DNA from: Gammaproteobacteria bacterium
GTDB lineage: Bacteria > Pseudomonadota > Gammaproteobacteria > GCA-001735895
DNA: 58,550 nt
Direction of reading: 5' to 3'
NCBI GenBank assembly: GCA_050298595.1
Contig: JBNKUM010000026.1
Span: 1 to 58,550 of the forward strand
Both the position numbers and the translations under genes were made by a program. The notes beneath the pieces are model-generated. The model saw only the letters and a list, made by a program, of their open reading frames with translations, did no database searches and was not told where the DNA came from. Of this stretch, positions 57,477 through 58,550 are shown piece by piece (within the stretch, counting starts at the first letter, position 1; each line of letters begins with the position of its first letter).

Positions 57477-58550
57477 TGACAAAGGTCATCCCCCTCATCA
57501 TCGACCAGCACGCTGAAGAAGCTGCCATTTTATGGTTGCAGAGAGATAGCGCTGTACATGAGCCGCATTATTCTCTTAAGGATCTTGCCAAACTGGATGA
57601 TCGTGTAGATGCGCATATCGATGGCTTACGCATTGCAGGTGATTATGGTTGGGAAATCTGCGAGAAGAATCTTGCATTCAAGGAAGCCGGTGAGGTATTT
57701 GCTGCTGCCGTGCTGGCTTTGGAAGGCAATAGCGCTGAAAGATTGCAGACTGTTTATCGCGTCGTTGAATCTGAACCGGAAACCGCGCGCGGAATGATTT
57801 CTGCACTGGGCTGGGTGAAGCCAGGTCATCTGGGCGGGAAGGTCAGCGGTCTGTTTGAGTCCAAAGATCCGCTTTGGCGCAGAATAGGCCTGGCGGCTTG
57901 TTCAATACACCGGGTCGACCCTGGTAAAAACCTGATTATGGGGCTGGAGGATGACTCTGGTGAGGTCAGGGCGAGGGCGGCGAGGACTGCGGGTGAGTTA
58001 GGTCGTACTGATCTCAAGACCCACCTTCTGCCAGCATTAACCGATGAGAATGAAGCCGTTCGGTTATGGTCGGCCTGGTCGGCGGTGTTGTTGGGGGATC
58101 GAGGGAGTGCGGTGCGATATTTGAGTGATCTCCTCCTTCACGGCGGTAAGGGATTGAATGTGGGGCTAAAAGTCCTGATTCGTTCGCTTGATCTTTCCCA
58201 GTCTAAATTGCTATTGGGCGAGGTGGTTCGTAACCCTGATACGTTGCGTCTCGCCATACAAGGTGTTGGCAATACCGGCGATCCTGAGTACATACCGTGG
58301 TTAATCAAACAAATGGAAGATCCGCAACACGCACGGGTTGCTGGTGAAGCGTTCACCAGTATCACTGGTGTGGATATCGCCTATGATGATTTGGAGGGTG
58401 AGTGGCCTAATGGGTTTGAAGCCGGCCCCAGTGAAGCCCCCGACGATGACAATGTTGCGATGGATGAAGATGAAGACCTGCCATGGCCTGACCAGGAGTT
58501 GATCACTGACTGGTGGCGGAGACAAGGCCAGGCGTTCCAGGCGGGGCAAC
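57476..58550 (+). CDS. TIGR02270-family HEAT-repeat T6SS-associated protein (3' end outside the window)
   Basis: Read manually from ATG 57476, which overlaps the previous TGA: MTKVIPLIIDQHAEEAAILWLQR..LDDRVDAHIDGLRIAG..ARVAGEAFTSITGVD..DEDEDLPWPD. Absent from the ORF track because it has no stop in the window. Confidence 0.85.
   Translation, partial: MTKVIPLIIDQHAEEAAILWLQRDSAVHEPHYSLKDLAKLDDRVDAHIDGLRIAGDYGWEICEKNLAFKEAGEVFAAAVLALEGNSAERLQTVYRVVESEPETARGMISALGWVKPGHLGGKVSGLFESKDPLWRRIGLAACSIHRVDPGKNLIMGLEDDSGEVRARAARTAGELGRTDLKTHLLPALTDENEAVRLWSAWSAVLLGDRGSAVRYLSDLLLHGGKGLNVGLKVLIRSLDLSQSKLLLGEVVRNPDTLRLAIQGVGNTGDPEYIPWLIKQMEDPQHARVAGEAFTSITGVDIAYDDLEGEWPNGFEAGPSEAPDDDNVAMDEDEDLPWPDQELITDWWRRQGQAFQAGQ

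Noticed and set aside
1-58550. tRNA or rRNA genes; integrase or intact transposase
   Set aside because: None recognised anywhere in the window by eye.

Overview
Bacterial chromosomal window, most likely gammaproteobacterial (inferred from the NDH-2 and T6SS gene style). It has three parts. (1) 1-2520 is an accessory patch: a DUF4124-like gene bracketed by two 74-bp structured direct repeats, a small MITE, an orphan integron-type cassette (flavodoxin-like NAD(P)H:quinone oxidoreductase plus attC) and a decayed copy of the 3' end of ndh. (2) 2692-23263 is a co-oriented ~21 kb multiheme-cytochrome island with 62 CxxCH and 4 non-canonical heme motifs by manual count. It encodes an OmcE-like tetraheme (nanowire-type) cytochrome, three NHL beta-propellers, an outer-membrane beta-barrel, 12-, 8- and 20-heme cytochromes, a duplicated CbcA/CbcB-like/triheme inner-membrane module and an S26 signal-peptidase homologue whose catalytic Lys appears replaced by Arg. 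The island lies between intact ndh and the ndh 3' remnant, 21.5 kb apart. (3) 25196-58550 is a type VI secretion locus (pppA, tagF, tssM-L-K-J, fha; tssA-B-C, hcp, tagJ, tssE-F-G-H). It is followed by a nitrilase-like gene, a RAYT remnant with REPs, and a vgrG-DUF6484-DUF2169-thiolase-like-DUF4150 cassette. That cassette carries a probable zinc deaminase toxin with an immunity gene, a DUF1906-like glycoside hydrolase, and a TIGR02270 gene that runs off the window. The best candidate for an undescribed system is the self-contained quinone-to-nanowire extracellular electron-transfer island. All family calls come from motif recognition by eye, not from database searches.
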